Positions 48,722-57,994 of a DNA stretch of 64,000 nt are shown here, piece after piece. Position 1 is the stretch's first letter. Every line of letters starts with the position of its first letter. The stretch comes from Pelotomaculum sp. DTU098. Its GTDB lineage: Bacteria > Bacillota > Desulfotomaculia > Desulfotomaculales > Pelotomaculaceae. Position numbers and translations under genes: made by a program. The stretch is from positions 747 to 64,746 of the forward strand of contig LFSA01000061.1 in NCBI GenBank assembly GCA_001512635.1, in the 5' to 3' direction. Below the pieces are notes generated by a model. It was not told the DNA's origin. It did not search any database and was given only the letters and a program-made list of their open reading frames with translations.

Positions 48722-48955
48722 TCAGTTAAGTAGTCTTTCCAGCTGGTTCCGGTCAAATCCTACGACGACCTGTTCTCCCACCTTAATTGTGGGAACAGCC
48801 ATCCGGCCGGTTTTCCTGATCATTTCACTGCGCGCGGCTTCATTTTCAGCAACATTGAGTTCCCTGTATTTTACCCCTTTCTGTGAAAGAAACTCCTTCA
48901 CGTGGGTACAATGGGGTCAGGATGGTGTGGTATATACTGTTACGTTTTCTGGCAT
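48722..48955 (-). CDS. Glutaredoxin-like protein (YruB/NrdH type) with in-frame TGA at the first active-site Cys: candidate selenoprotein, alternatively a pseudogene
   Basis: Absent from the ORF track. On the minus strand a GGAGGA SD lies 6 nt before ATG 48955. The translation is MPENVTVYTTPS-U-PHCTHVKEFLSQKGVKYRELNVAENEAARSEMIRKTGRMAVPTIKVGEQVVVGFDRNQLERLLN, with TGA at 48917-48919. The frame stays open for 64 further codons and keeps Grx-fold motifs (VP cis-Pro, VVGFD). Confidence 0.6.
48883..48901 (-). promoter_or_regulatory. SECIS-like stem-loop downstream of the in-frame UGA
   Basis: On the minus strand, GUGAAGG-AGUUU-CUUUCAC forms 7 bp including one G-U, with a G in the apical loop. 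It starts 15 nt after the UGA. An outer CCCC/GGGG pairing is possible. Confidence 0.45.
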
Positions 48956-49037
48956 AACTCATCCTCCGGATTTTTTTATTATTGTTGGCTTTCCGTTCAA
49001 AAAATATACTGGAACAACATGAACAAGGGTTTATTGA

Positions 49038-50411
49038 CTATTTATCAGGTCTGCCGATGCCTTTATAAATAAAACCCTCTTTCCTTATCGCCCGGGGAGC
49101 AAAGATATTTCTACCGTCAACAATTACAGCTTGCTTCATAACGCCTTTAAGCTGCTTAAGATCGAGATTCCTGAATTCTTCCCATTCCGTGACAATAACT
49201 AGAGCGTCAGCATTGCTTGCTGCTTTTATGGCACTGTACTCATAAGTAACAGTCAGCTCGGGATGCTGCCTTTTGCATTCATCCATCGCTACCGGGTCAT
49301 ATACCTTAACCACGGCTCCTTTTTCAAGCAGGCCGGAGATAATGTCCAGACTCGGGGCATCCCTTAAATCATTTGTATTGGGTTTAAAAGAAAGGCCCAG
49401 GATCCCGATGGTCCGCCCTCCCAGATCCCCAAGCAAATCCTCCAGGTCTAGAACTATTTTTTGCCGCTGCCGGGTGTTCACCTGAACCGCTGCGTCAATT
49501 ATTTGCGGGAAATAACCATATTTTCCTGCTGTGTGGAGTATAGATGCAAGATCCTTACCGAAACAACTCCCGCCCCAACCGATGCCTGCCTTTAAAAACT
49601 CCGGGCCAATCCTGTGGTCCAGGCCGACTCCCCTGGAAACAACGGTTACATCCGCGCCTACCCGCTCGCAGATATTGGCAATTTCGTTGATTAAGCTGAT
49701 TTTTGTAGCCAGGAAAACATTGGCTGCATACTTGATCATTTCTGCGTTTACGGGTGTTGTGACGATTAATTCGACCCTTTTCAAGTGACCAGGCCTGGGA
49801 GGGATACCGGGCAGGTTTCCAAAGCTTTGTTCAATGATGGGCCTGTAAAGGTCCCTGATAACTTTAACAGAACGCTGACAGCAGGCCCCGATGACAATCC
49901 TGTCAGGGTAGACAGTGTCCCAAAGGGCGTTTCCTTCCCGCAAAAACTCAGGGTTGCTGACTACACCAAAGTGGCTGTGCCCGCCCCTTTGGCTGCCGAG
50001 GATGGAGGCTAGCTTACTCCAGGTTCCGACGGGTACTGTGGACTTGGTGACAACAACCGTGAATCTTTCTGGATCAAGGGATTCTCCGATTTGCCGGGTC
50101 GCTGAAAAAAAACTGCTGAGGTCCGGTTCCCCGGTTTTCAGGGCAGGGGTGCCAACAGCAATAATAATCACATCAGAAATTCGAAAAGCCGGATTGGGAG
50201 AGCTGGTAAAGAGGAGTTGACCGCTGTCAACATTAGCCTCAACGAGCTCTTTCATTCCTTTTTCATAAACCGGCACAATCTTTTTTTTAAGGCTTTCAAT
50301 TTTTGCCGGGTCCCGGTCATAACAAAAAACCTTGTGTCCAAAGGATGCCAGGCAGGCGCCTGTAACGAGTCCCACATAACCCATTCCGACAACTGAGATA
50401 ATCATACCCAC
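49038..50411 (-). CDS. ugd: UDP-glucose 6-dehydrogenase family protein
   Basis: 457 aa with the N-terminal Rossmann GMGYVGLVTGA, the catalytic-Cys motif GWGGSCFGKD and a C-terminal UDP-binding domain. Confidence 0.88.
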   Translation of the reverse strand: MGMIISVVGMGYVGLVTGACLASFGHKVFCYDRDPAKIESLKKKIVPVYEKGMKELVEANVDSGQLLFTSSPNPAFRISDVIIIAVGTPALKTGEPDLSSFFSATRQIGESLDPERFTVVVTKSTVPVGTWSKLASILGSQRGGHSHFGVVSNPEFLREGNALWDTVYPDRIVIGACCQRSVKVIRDLYRPIIEQSFGNLPGIPPRPGHLKRVELIVTTPVNAEMIKYAANVFLATKISLINEIANICERVGADVTVVSRGVGLDHRIGPEFLKAGIGWGGSCFGKDLASILHTAGKYGYFPQIIDAAVQVNTRQRQKIVLDLEDLLGDLGGRTIGILGLSFKPNTNDLRDAPSLDIISGLLEKGAVVKVYDPVAMDECKRQHPELTVTYEYSAIKAASNADALVIVTEWEEFRNLDLKQLKGVMKQAVIVDGRNIFAPRAIRKEGFIYKGIGRPDK

Positions 50412-50842
50412 AACCTCCGTAGACTAACTAATTAATTGTCTTTACCAATTATGATAGTTTATGTCAGGAATTGTATTTTTGCCATGCCTTGCTTCAAGGG
50501 TATTGAATGAAGATTGCGGATAAATTATCCATTTTCCACCGTCACCGAAAGGGGCCGAGGTGAATAGTCTAACACGAGAGTTAAATTATACTCTTTTTGG
50601 TTTTACAAGAATTGTTTGCATAATAAGGCCGGGACCATTTTGGGGCAGCGGGCTAAAGAGCTGCTCCGGCAGATTTAAGGATGAAAAAAGTTGAACATGG
50701 CCGGCCGGGACGGTTTTAACGAAACCAGGAACTATTTATCGGAGGAGAACGCTTAGTTTTATGGCCCATTCCAAGTATCGAGGGAAAAATGGGATGTCTT
50801 TGATCTTTATAATAAATATGACCCTGAAAGTGACAGGTAGAA

Positions 50843-52690
50843 ATGACCCGGCAGATTAGAATGCTGTTGCTGATGGCCCTGGACGTGCTGCTGGTCAATG
50901 CGGCAACAGTGTCCGCCGTCCTGCTCGTCTCCAAAGCCAGCCTCCTGAGCGATCAGGCCAGGATTGGGGCTTTTGCCCTGGTTACAGCGGCAACGTCTTT
51001 GTCTTCATTTTATTTTTTCGGCCTCTATAACAGGATCTGGGAATATGCCGGAGCAAAGGAGCTTTATGCCATTATCAAGGCTGTAACTCTGACAGGTTTT
51101 CTCCAGTTCTGTCTCAACCTGATTCTTTTTAAAGCTTATTTGCCCGGCAGCGTGTTCTTAATCAGCTGGCTTTTGATGTTGTTTTTTGTAGGTGGTTCAA
51201 GATTCTGCTGGCGGCTTATGCGCGATCTGGACAATTTCAGGCTTCTCCGGCAGCGCAAAAAACCTGTTTTGATTGTGGGCGCCGGAGGGGCGGGAGCTCT
51301 GGTAGCCAGAGCCATTCAGGAAAATGAAACAGATCTTGCCCCGGTTGGTTTTGTTGATGACAGCGACCTCAAACAAAATATGAAAATGTACGGCCTGCCT
51401 GTTTTGGGAAAACGGGAGGATATACCAGCCCTTGTGGAAAGGCACGCTATCGAAGAAATTATTATTGCCATCCCTTCGGCATCCAGCAGGGAGCTCCGGG
51501 AGCTGGTAAATATCAGCAGCAATACGCCGGCCAGGCTCAAGATTACCCCCAGCGTGTTCAGTTACATCAGGGGAAACATAAATCTGAAGCAGATCCGGGA
51601 TGTAGAGGTAGAAGACCTGCTGAGGCGTGAGCCGGTCAGGGTCAATTTGCAGGATATAGCCGGCTATTTAAACGGGAGGGTGGTTCTGGTAACCGGCGCC
51701 GGAGGCTCGGTGGGGTCAGAACTCTGTATCCAGGCAGCTTCTTTCAGGCCACGCCTGTTGGTACTTCTGGGCCGCGGCGAGAACAGCCTGTATGAGGCCA
51801 GCCTTGCTCTGGAAAGCCGTTACCCCGGCGTCAACCGGGAAATTGCCATAGCGGATGTCAGGGACCGGTACCGGATTGAGCAAATCTTTTCCCAGTACCG
51901 CCCGGACGTGGTATTCCATGCGGCTGCCCATAAACACGTGCCGCTCATGGAAAAAAACCCCTATGAAGCTTTCGTCAATAATGTTATCGGTACACTGAAT
52001 GTAGCCCGGGCGGCTAAAGCAGTTCAAACCGGCGTTTTTATCCTGATTTCCACTGACAAGGCTGTTAAGCCGAAGAGCGTCATGGGCGCCACAAAGAGAG
52101 CGGCGGAAATGATAATCCAGGAATTTAACCGGAATTCTGACACAAGGTACTCAGCAGTACGATTCGGCAACGTGCTCGGCAGCAGAGGCAGTGTTGTGCC
52201 CCTTTTTAAAAAACAGATAGCCCGCGGAGGACCTGTCACGGTAACAGACCCGGATATGGTAAGGTACTTCATGACCGTATCCGAAGCAGCCCAACTGGTC
52301 ATTCAGGCCGGTGCCCTGGCCAAAGGAGGGGAGATCTTCCTCCTGGATATGGGTGAACCTGTAAGGATCGTCGACCTGGCCAGGGATCTGATTAAGCTGT
52401 CGGGTTTTCGTCCTGACCTCGACATTCCTATTGTATATACCGGAGTCAGGCCCGGGGAGAAACTCTTCGAGGAACTGTTTACGGAAAACGAGCGGGTAGA
52501 CAAAACCGCCCACGAGAGGATCCTGGTAAGCCGGTCAGAGGAGACCTCTTCCCCGGCAGTAAAAGAGCTCATTGAATACGTGGATTCACCCGGTTTCAGT
52601 TTGAACGACTTTGAAGCACTGGAACTGCTTCGAAATCTTATACCTGAATTCGGCCATGCCGATAGCCTGACCTTGGTGGAGGGAAAATAA
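50843..52690 (+). CDS. Membrane-anchored polysaccharide biosynthesis protein, CapD/PglF/WbpM-like (UDP-HexNAc 4,6-dehydratase family)
   Basis: 615 aa with four N-terminal TM helices and two Rossmann motifs (VGAGGAG; VTGAGGSVGSEL). It also has an SDR catalytic region (STDKAV.P..VMGATKR). Confidence 0.88.
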   Translation: MTRQIRMLLLMALDVLLVNAATVSAVLLVSKASLLSDQARIGAFALVTAATSLSSFYFFGLYNRIWEYAGAKELYAIIKAVTLTGFLQFCLNLILFKAYLPGSVFLISWLLMLFFVGGSRFCWRLMRDLDNFRLLRQRKKPVLIVGAGGAGALVARAIQENETDLAPVGFVDDSDLKQNMKMYGLPVLGKREDIPALVERHAIEEIIIAIPSASSRELRELVNISSNTPARLKITPSVFSYIRGNINLKQIRDVEVEDLLRREPVRVNLQDIAGYLNGRVVLVTGAGGSVGSELCIQAASFRPRLLVLLGRGENSLYEASLALESRYPGVNREIAIADVRDRYRIEQIFSQYRPDVVFHAAAHKHVPLMEKNPYEAFVNNVIGTLNVARAAKAVQTGVFILISTDKAVKPKSVMGATKRAAEMIIQEFNRNSDTRYSAVRFGNVLGSRGSVVPLFKKQIARGGPVTVTDPDMVRYFMTVSEAAQLVIQAGALAKGGEIFLLDMGEPVRIVDLARDLIKLSGFRPDLDIPIVYTGVRPGEKLFEELFTENERVDKTAHERILVSRSEETSSPAVKELIEYVDSPGFSLNDFEALELLRNLIPEFGHADSLTLVEGK

Positions 52691-52694
52691 GAGT

Positions 52695-54020
52695 ATGCAA
52701 GCTGGCAGTCCTATGGAAGAATTGAAGAGAAAAATCGAAACCCGCCAGGCAAATGTTGTTGTAGTGGGTCTGGGTTATGTGGGCCTGCCCCTGGCTGTAG
52801 AGAAAGGAAACGTGGGTTTTCATGTTACAGGCATAGAAAAATGTGAGGAACGCGTCAAACTTGTCAATGAAGGTAAAAGCTACATCCCCGATGTTGAGGA
52901 GGAAGAATTACGGAAACTGGTTGAACAGGGCAGGCTTATAGCAACTTCCAGTTATGATTGCCTGGATAATGCCGACATCATGATCATTTGCGTACCCACT
53001 CCGCTTACCCCCAACCGCGACCCCGATATTTCCCAGATCGTCGCCGCTACCAAGCAAATTGCCGGCCACCTCCACAAAGGCCAGTTATTAACCCTGGAAA
53101 GTACCACTTATCCCGGGACCACCCAGGAGGTTATCCTGCCTCTCCTGGAATCAAAGGGGCTTAAGGTTGGAGAGGATTTTTTCCTGGCTTATTCACCGGA
53201 AAGGGTCGACCCGGGGAACAAGCGGTTCAAGACCAGGAATATTTCCAAAATCGTAGGCGGCGTAACGCCCTCCTGCCTTGAGGTAGCCTGTCATTTTTAC
53301 TCCCAGACCATATGCGAGGTAGTCCCGGTTTCCTCACCGGCAGCTGCGGAAATGATCAAAGTTTTCGAGAATACTTACCGGGCTGTGAATATTGCTCTGG
53401 TTAACGAATTAATGTTCATCTGCGACCGCATGGGGCTGGACGTTTGGGAAATCGTAGAGGCTGCAAGCACCAAGCCCTTTGGCTTTCAAACCTTTTATCC
53501 CGGTCCCGGGGTGGGAGGCCACTGCATCCCGGTGGATCCCTATTATTTAACCTGGAAGGCCAGGGAATATGATTTTTATTCCAATTTGATTGATATCGCC
53601 GTTCAGGTAAATATCAAGGCTTCCTACTTTTTCGCCGAAAAAGTGCGACAGGCTTTAAACCAGAATAAAAAAAGCATCCGTGACGCCCGGGTACTTGTTT
53701 TGGGGGCTGCTTATAAAAAGGACATTAATGACAGCCGTGAATCACCTGCCGTCAAAATCATGTCGCTCCTGGCCAATGAAGGAGTGGAAGTATCCTACCA
53801 TGATCCCTATATCCCCACAGTTACCCTGTCTCCAACCCGGGTTTTAAAAAGTGTCCAGCTGACGGAAGAGGAAATTGCCCGGTATGATTGTGTGGTGATT
53901 GCAACTGACCACAGTTGCTTTGATTACGAGATGATCCTCAATCATGCCCAGGTGCTGGTGGACGCGCGCAACGCCACCGGGAGGTTCCTGGGTAAGAAAG
54001 CAAAGGTTATTAAAATTTAG
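52695..54020 (+). CDS. Nucleotide-sugar dehydrogenase (UDP-N-acetyl-hexosamine 6-dehydrogenase type, WbpA/WecC/TviB-like)
   Basis: 441 aa with the Rossmann VVGLGYVGLPLA, the catalytic-Cys motif GVGGHCIPVDP and a C-terminal domain (LGAAYKKDINDSRESPA). Confidence 0.85.
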   Translation: MQAGSPMEELKRKIETRQANVVVVGLGYVGLPLAVEKGNVGFHVTGIEKCEERVKLVNEGKSYIPDVEEEELRKLVEQGRLIATSSYDCLDNADIMIICVPTPLTPNRDPDISQIVAATKQIAGHLHKGQLLTLESTTYPGTTQEVILPLLESKGLKVGEDFFLAYSPERVDPGNKRFKTRNISKIVGGVTPSCLEVACHFYSQTICEVVPVSSPAAAEMIKVFENTYRAVNIALVNELMFICDRMGLDVWEIVEAASTKPFGFQTFYPGPGVGGHCIPVDPYYLTWKAREYDFYSNLIDIAVQVNIKASYFFAEKVRQALNQNKKSIRDARVLVLGAAYKKDINDSRESPAVKIMSLLANEGVEVSYHDPYIPTVTLSPTRVLKSVQLTEEEIARYDCVVIATDHSCFDYEMILNHAQVLVDARNATGRFLGKKAKVIKI

Positions 54021-54035
54021 GCAGGGGGTACCAGG

Positions 54036-55130
54036 GTGTCTATACCGTTAATAGATCTGAAGACACAATATAAATCAATTAAAGATGAGGTCCTGGCAGC
54101 AATAAACTCTGTGCTGGAAAGCGGGGAATATATTCTAGGCCGGAACGTAGCGGCCCTGGAATCTGCCGTGGCTGAATTATGCGGAGTCAGGCACGGAATT
54201 GGGGTGGCCAGCGGGACGGACGCGCTTTTGCTGTCCTTAAATGCCCTGGGCATTGGGCCCGGTGATGAGGTCATTACAACTCCCTACACCTTTTTTTCTA
54301 CAGCCGAGGTTATCTCAAAGGTTGGGGCTACCCCGGTATTTGCAGATATTGATCCGTTGACCTATAACCTGGATCCAAACCAGGTTGCCAGGAGGATTAC
54401 ACCCCGCACCAGGGCCATTATCCCGGTGCACCTTTTCGGCCAGATGGCGGATATGGAACCCCTTCAGGACCTCGCCCGGGAACACCGGCTGGTAATAATC
54501 GAGGATGCCTGCCAGGCCATCGGAGCCCGTTACAAAGGCCACAGGGCCGGCTCCCTGGGACATACCGCATGCTTCAGCTTCTATCCCACCAAAAACCTGG
54601 GCGGTTACGGCGACGGGGGAATGGTGGTTACAGACGACAGTGAAATCGCAGACAGGCTCAGGGTGCTAAGGGTGCATGGGAGCCGTACCCGGTATTATCA
54701 TTCTATCCACGGTTACAACAGCAGGCTGGACGAAATCCAGGCCGCCGTCCTGAGGGTTAAACTAAAACACCTGGACCGGTGGAACGAGCAGCGGCGGGCC
54801 AGGGCGGCACTTTACGACCGCCTCCTGAGCGGCAGCGGCATTATCACACCCCATGTAGAACCATGGAATGAAAGTGTTTACCACCTTTACGTGGTGCGCT
54901 CCCCGCAAAGGGATCAATTGAAAGCGCGCCTTTCCGAGGCGGGCATCGGCAGCGGTGTTTACTATCCTCTGCCCCTTCACCTGCAGGAGGTCTACAAAGG
55001 GCTTGGCTACCGGCCCGGCGATCTGCCGGAGGCGGAAAGGGCATCCCGGGAGACCCTGGCCCTACCCCTGGATCCGGATCTTTCCGAAGAGACTATCCGG
55101 CTGGTCGTGAAAAAGCTCCTGGGCAATTGA
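54036..55130 (+). CDS. DegT/DnrJ/EryC1/StrS family sugar aminotransferase
   Basis: 364 aa with the motifs GDEVITTPYTF..TA and DAC(E)QA.GA. The PLP-lysine motif is SFYPTKNLG. Confidence 0.9.
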   Translation: MSIPLIDLKTQYKSIKDEVLAAINSVLESGEYILGRNVAALESAVAELCGVRHGIGVASGTDALLLSLNALGIGPGDEVITTPYTFFSTAEVISKVGATPVFADIDPLTYNLDPNQVARRITPRTRAIIPVHLFGQMADMEPLQDLAREHRLVIIEDACQAIGARYKGHRAGSLGHTACFSFYPTKNLGGYGDGGMVVTDDSEIADRLRVLRVHGSRTRYYHSIHGYNSRLDEIQAAVLRVKLKHLDRWNEQRRARAALYDRLLSGSGIITPHVEPWNESVYHLYVVRSPQRDQLKARLSEAGIGSGVYYPLPLHLQEVYKGLGYRPGDLPEAERASRETLALPLDPDLSEETIRLVVKKLLGN

Positions 55131-56627
55131 GTGCCTATGAAGAACAGTCTCAGTTACCAGGCCTTTTTATTAACAGCTGCCAAGGCGGCAGACGCCTTTA
55201 CCCTCCTGGTCCTGGGGATGATCCTGGCCCGCCTGCTCACCCTGGAGGATTACGGGACCTACAGGCAGGTATGGCTTTTATACAACACCCTGATCCCTTT
55301 GTTCACCCTGGGGATAGCCACCAGCGTCAACTATTTTGTACCGAGATTTGAGCCCGGACAACAAAAAACCTTTATTTTCCAGACCTATACCGGGCTCTTC
55401 ATCCTTGGTTTTTTGTTCGCGGTGTTTTTGTACGCGGGGGCTGATTTTTTCGGCTCCAGGTTCAATAACCCGGACCTGGCTCAGGTAATCAAAATATTTT
55501 CCCTGGTCCCGCTTTTAACCATGCCGACCTCTTACTACCACAACCTGTACATTTGCCTGAAAAAAGCCGTCGTCGCGGCAGGCATCCTGACTTCGGCAAC
55601 CCTGGTCAGGTTCAGCGTAGTTACTATTTCCGTATTTATCCACCCTTCCTTAAAAAATATTTTTACGGCCCTGTTAATCTATTACGTCCTGGAATTCATC
55701 TTCCTTTCGCTGTTGATTTACCGCCCCTTTAGGACCGTGCCGCTGGATTTGAAAAAGCAGAATATCCTGGAACAGCTCAAGTTCACCGTACCCATCGGCC
55801 TGTCCTCAGTGGTAGGAGCCTTCAGCCGCCAAATTGATAAGTTGATCATCTCCGGGTATTTCACTTCCCGGGAATATGCAATTTACGCCAACGGAGCGAT
55901 GGAACTGCCCCTGGCCAGGATTCTGAACGCGGCCGTAATGTCGGTCCTGATGCCGGAGCTGGTTGTGCTGTACAACCGGGGAGAGTATCAGGAAATGCTG
56001 GCGCTCTGGCACCGCTCCATCCGCAAAGTCTCCCTGATTATTTTACCGGTGATGGTTTTCCTGTTTATTTTCGCCAGGGAGTTCCTGGTCCTTTTGTATT
56101 CCGAAAAATACCTGGAAAGCGCGGGTATTTTTCAAATCTACCTGCTGACCCTGCCGATCCGGGTTACCACCTTCGGCTCCCTGTTGCTGGCGGCGGGACT
56201 TTCCAGGGTAATTATGTACTACTCTGTATATACCGTAATCATCTCCGTAGTCTTAAACATAACCATGATCCGGCTGTGGGGAGTCTGGGGAGCAGCCCTG
56301 GCCACAGTCACCGCAATTTATTTCATGACCTTTCTCCAGCTTAGCAAAATTTGCTCTGTCATAAACTGTTCCTTTAAAGATGTGTATCCCTGGAAAGTCA
56401 CAATGCACATCCTGGGGGTATCCCTGGCTGCCGGGCTCGTACCCCTGGTGGGCAGGGTAATAATTGAGAACTGGTTCATTTCCCTGGTGGTAAACGGTTT
56501 CCTCTACCTTTTGATTTTCGCGGGGCTTGCTGCCGGGACAAAGCTGCTTTCAGCCGGTGAGATTGAACAGATTAAAAAGAAGGTGAGGTCGAGTCTGGGT
56601 TGTGTGCGAAAGCCAGGACAAAAATAG
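55131..56627 (+). CDS. Polysaccharide flippase (Wzx, MOP superfamily)
   Basis: 498 aa with about 12-14 TM helices and a polysaccharide-biosynthesis-protein pattern. An alternative start is ATG 55137. Confidence 0.8.
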   Translation: MPMKNSLSYQAFLLTAAKAADAFTLLVLGMILARLLTLEDYGTYRQVWLLYNTLIPLFTLGIATSVNYFVPRFEPGQQKTFIFQTYTGLFILGFLFAVFLYAGADFFGSRFNNPDLAQVIKIFSLVPLLTMPTSYYHNLYICLKKAVVAAGILTSATLVRFSVVTISVFIHPSLKNIFTALLIYYVLEFIFLSLLIYRPFRTVPLDLKKQNILEQLKFTVPIGLSSVVGAFSRQIDKLIISGYFTSREYAIYANGAMELPLARILNAAVMSVLMPELVVLYNRGEYQEMLALWHRSIRKVSLIILPVMVFLFIFAREFLVLLYSEKYLESAGIFQIYLLTLPIRVTTFGSLLLAAGLSRVIMYYSVYTVIISVVLNITMIRLWGVWGAALATVTAIYFMTFLQLSKICSVINCSFKDVYPWKVTMHILGVSLAAGLVPLVGRVIIENWFISLVVNGFLYLLIFAGLAAGTKLLSAGEIEQIKKKVRSSLGCVRKPGQK

Positions 56628-56650
56628 ATGAAATGAGCCGGGAGAAAATT

Positions 56651-57994
56651 ATGATCTTCATGAAATGGCTCTGGCTGGCAACTCTGGTGACGGCCTTCTT
56701 CGGCCCGCTGCTGGCCCTGGATGCCTACCCGGGAATATTTGCTTATAAAATACTCTTTTGCCTGCACCTGGCGCTGTTTTGCTTTTTCCTCGCTTTCCGG
56801 AAAATAACCCTTGAAATAAACCATAAAATAAGGCCCTTTTTCGTATTTTTCCTGGTCTGGCTGGCCTGGGCCGTGTTCTCCCTGCTCTGGGCCGATAACA
56901 TCCCCGATGGACTCAGGAACCTCTGGTACCTCTTTTCCGGGCTGAGCCTGGTAGGGTTTACTGTCTTTTACATGCGCAAGGAAGAAGACCTGAAAGCACC
57001 CCTTTTCATCCTGGTGGCAATTCTTTTAATCATTATGGGTGTAGGAATCTGGGAATACAAAACAGGCCTGCACCTGAAAACAGCAGGGCTTGTCCCGGCT
57101 GCAGGCACCATCTCCAAAGCACCCCGGGGCGTCTTTAAGAATCCAAATGATATGGCCACCTACCTGGCTCTATACCTGCCCTTCCTGTTCATTGCAGCAA
57201 AGTATCTCATGGTCAGGCTGAAGACCCTGTTGCCTGCGCTTGGCTTACTGGCCTGTGCCGGTACGGGTATATTCCTGCTCATTAATTCGGGGTCCAGGGG
57301 TAATTTAGTCGCTCTGGCCTTGAGCCTGGTTGCTGCCCTAATCATTTACTTGCTCCAGGGGAAGTGGAAGGCCTTCAGGAACGTCCTGGCAATGGTAACC
57401 GCTCTGGTTGTCCTTTATTTTGTGCTGGCAAATACACAGCCCGCCCTCCACTACCAGCTTAAGCGGCAATACAGGATTGCCCGGCACCACCTTGTATCCC
57501 TTGAACATGTCGGCCGGGAGGACTCGGCCAGGATGATCCTGTCCCGTAACGCCTTTCAAGAACTGCATAAACATTCTTTGCTGGGGGTAGGCGCCGGTAA
57601 CGCTGAAGAACATATGAAGGCATACCGGACGGAGACGTTCCAGATTCTGGCCCTGCACAACTGGTGGCTGGAAATCCTGGTCAACTACGGCATCTTTATC
57701 TTTGTCCTTTATATAGTCTTTATCTTCAGGCTCCTGTTTCAATTGTACCTTGTAGCTGTACGGGCGGGACCGGGCGTGCTGAAGGTGGTGGCCGAAAGCG
57801 CCCTGGTGGGGCTGGCGGGCTTTCCAATTGCAGCGGTCAGTTCCAGCAGTCTGGTTTACAGCAGGGTAATGTGGATTTTTTTCGGCTTCGCCCTTTGCGC
57901 CGTAAACCTGTACTGGAGCAGCAACGCCATTCAGTCAACTGAAGAGGGAGAGAAACTTGAGAGTTCTGTGCCTGTCCAATCTTTACCCGAATAA
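56651..57994 (+). CDS. O-antigen polymerase/ligase family membrane protein (Wzy-like)
   Basis: About 10-12 TM helices with a Wzy_C-like segment (NSGSRGNLVALALSL) and a large loop (HYQLKRQYRIARHH...). Start ATG 56651 follows a GGGAGA SD; the ORF-track start 56600 overlaps wzx. Confidence 0.7.
   Translation: MIFMKWLWLATLVTAFFGPLLALDAYPGIFAYKILFCLHLALFCFFLAFRKITLEINHKIRPFFVFFLVWLAWAVFSLLWADNIPDGLRNLWYLFSGLSLVGFTVFYMRKEEDLKAPLFILVAILLIIMGVGIWEYKTGLHLKTAGLVPAAGTISKAPRGVFKNPNDMATYLALYLPFLFIAAKYLMVRLKTLLPALGLLACAGTGIFLLINSGSRGNLVALALSLVAALIIYLLQGKWKAFRNVLAMVTALVVLYFVLANTQPALHYQLKRQYRIARHHLVSLEHVGREDSARMILSRNAFQELHKHSLLGVGAGNAEEHMKAYRTETFQILALHNWWLEILVNYGIFIFVLYIVFIFRLLFQLYLVAVRAGPGVLKVVAESALVGLAGFPIAAVSSSSLVYSRVMWIFFGFALCAVNLYWSSNAIQSTEEGEKLESSVPVQSLPE

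Noticed and set aside
48789-49022. 77-aa plus-strand ORF from the ORF track.
   Set aside because: It is antisense to the glutaredoxin-like gene, whose translation shows clear family motifs. The plus-strand product is featureless and lacks an SD.
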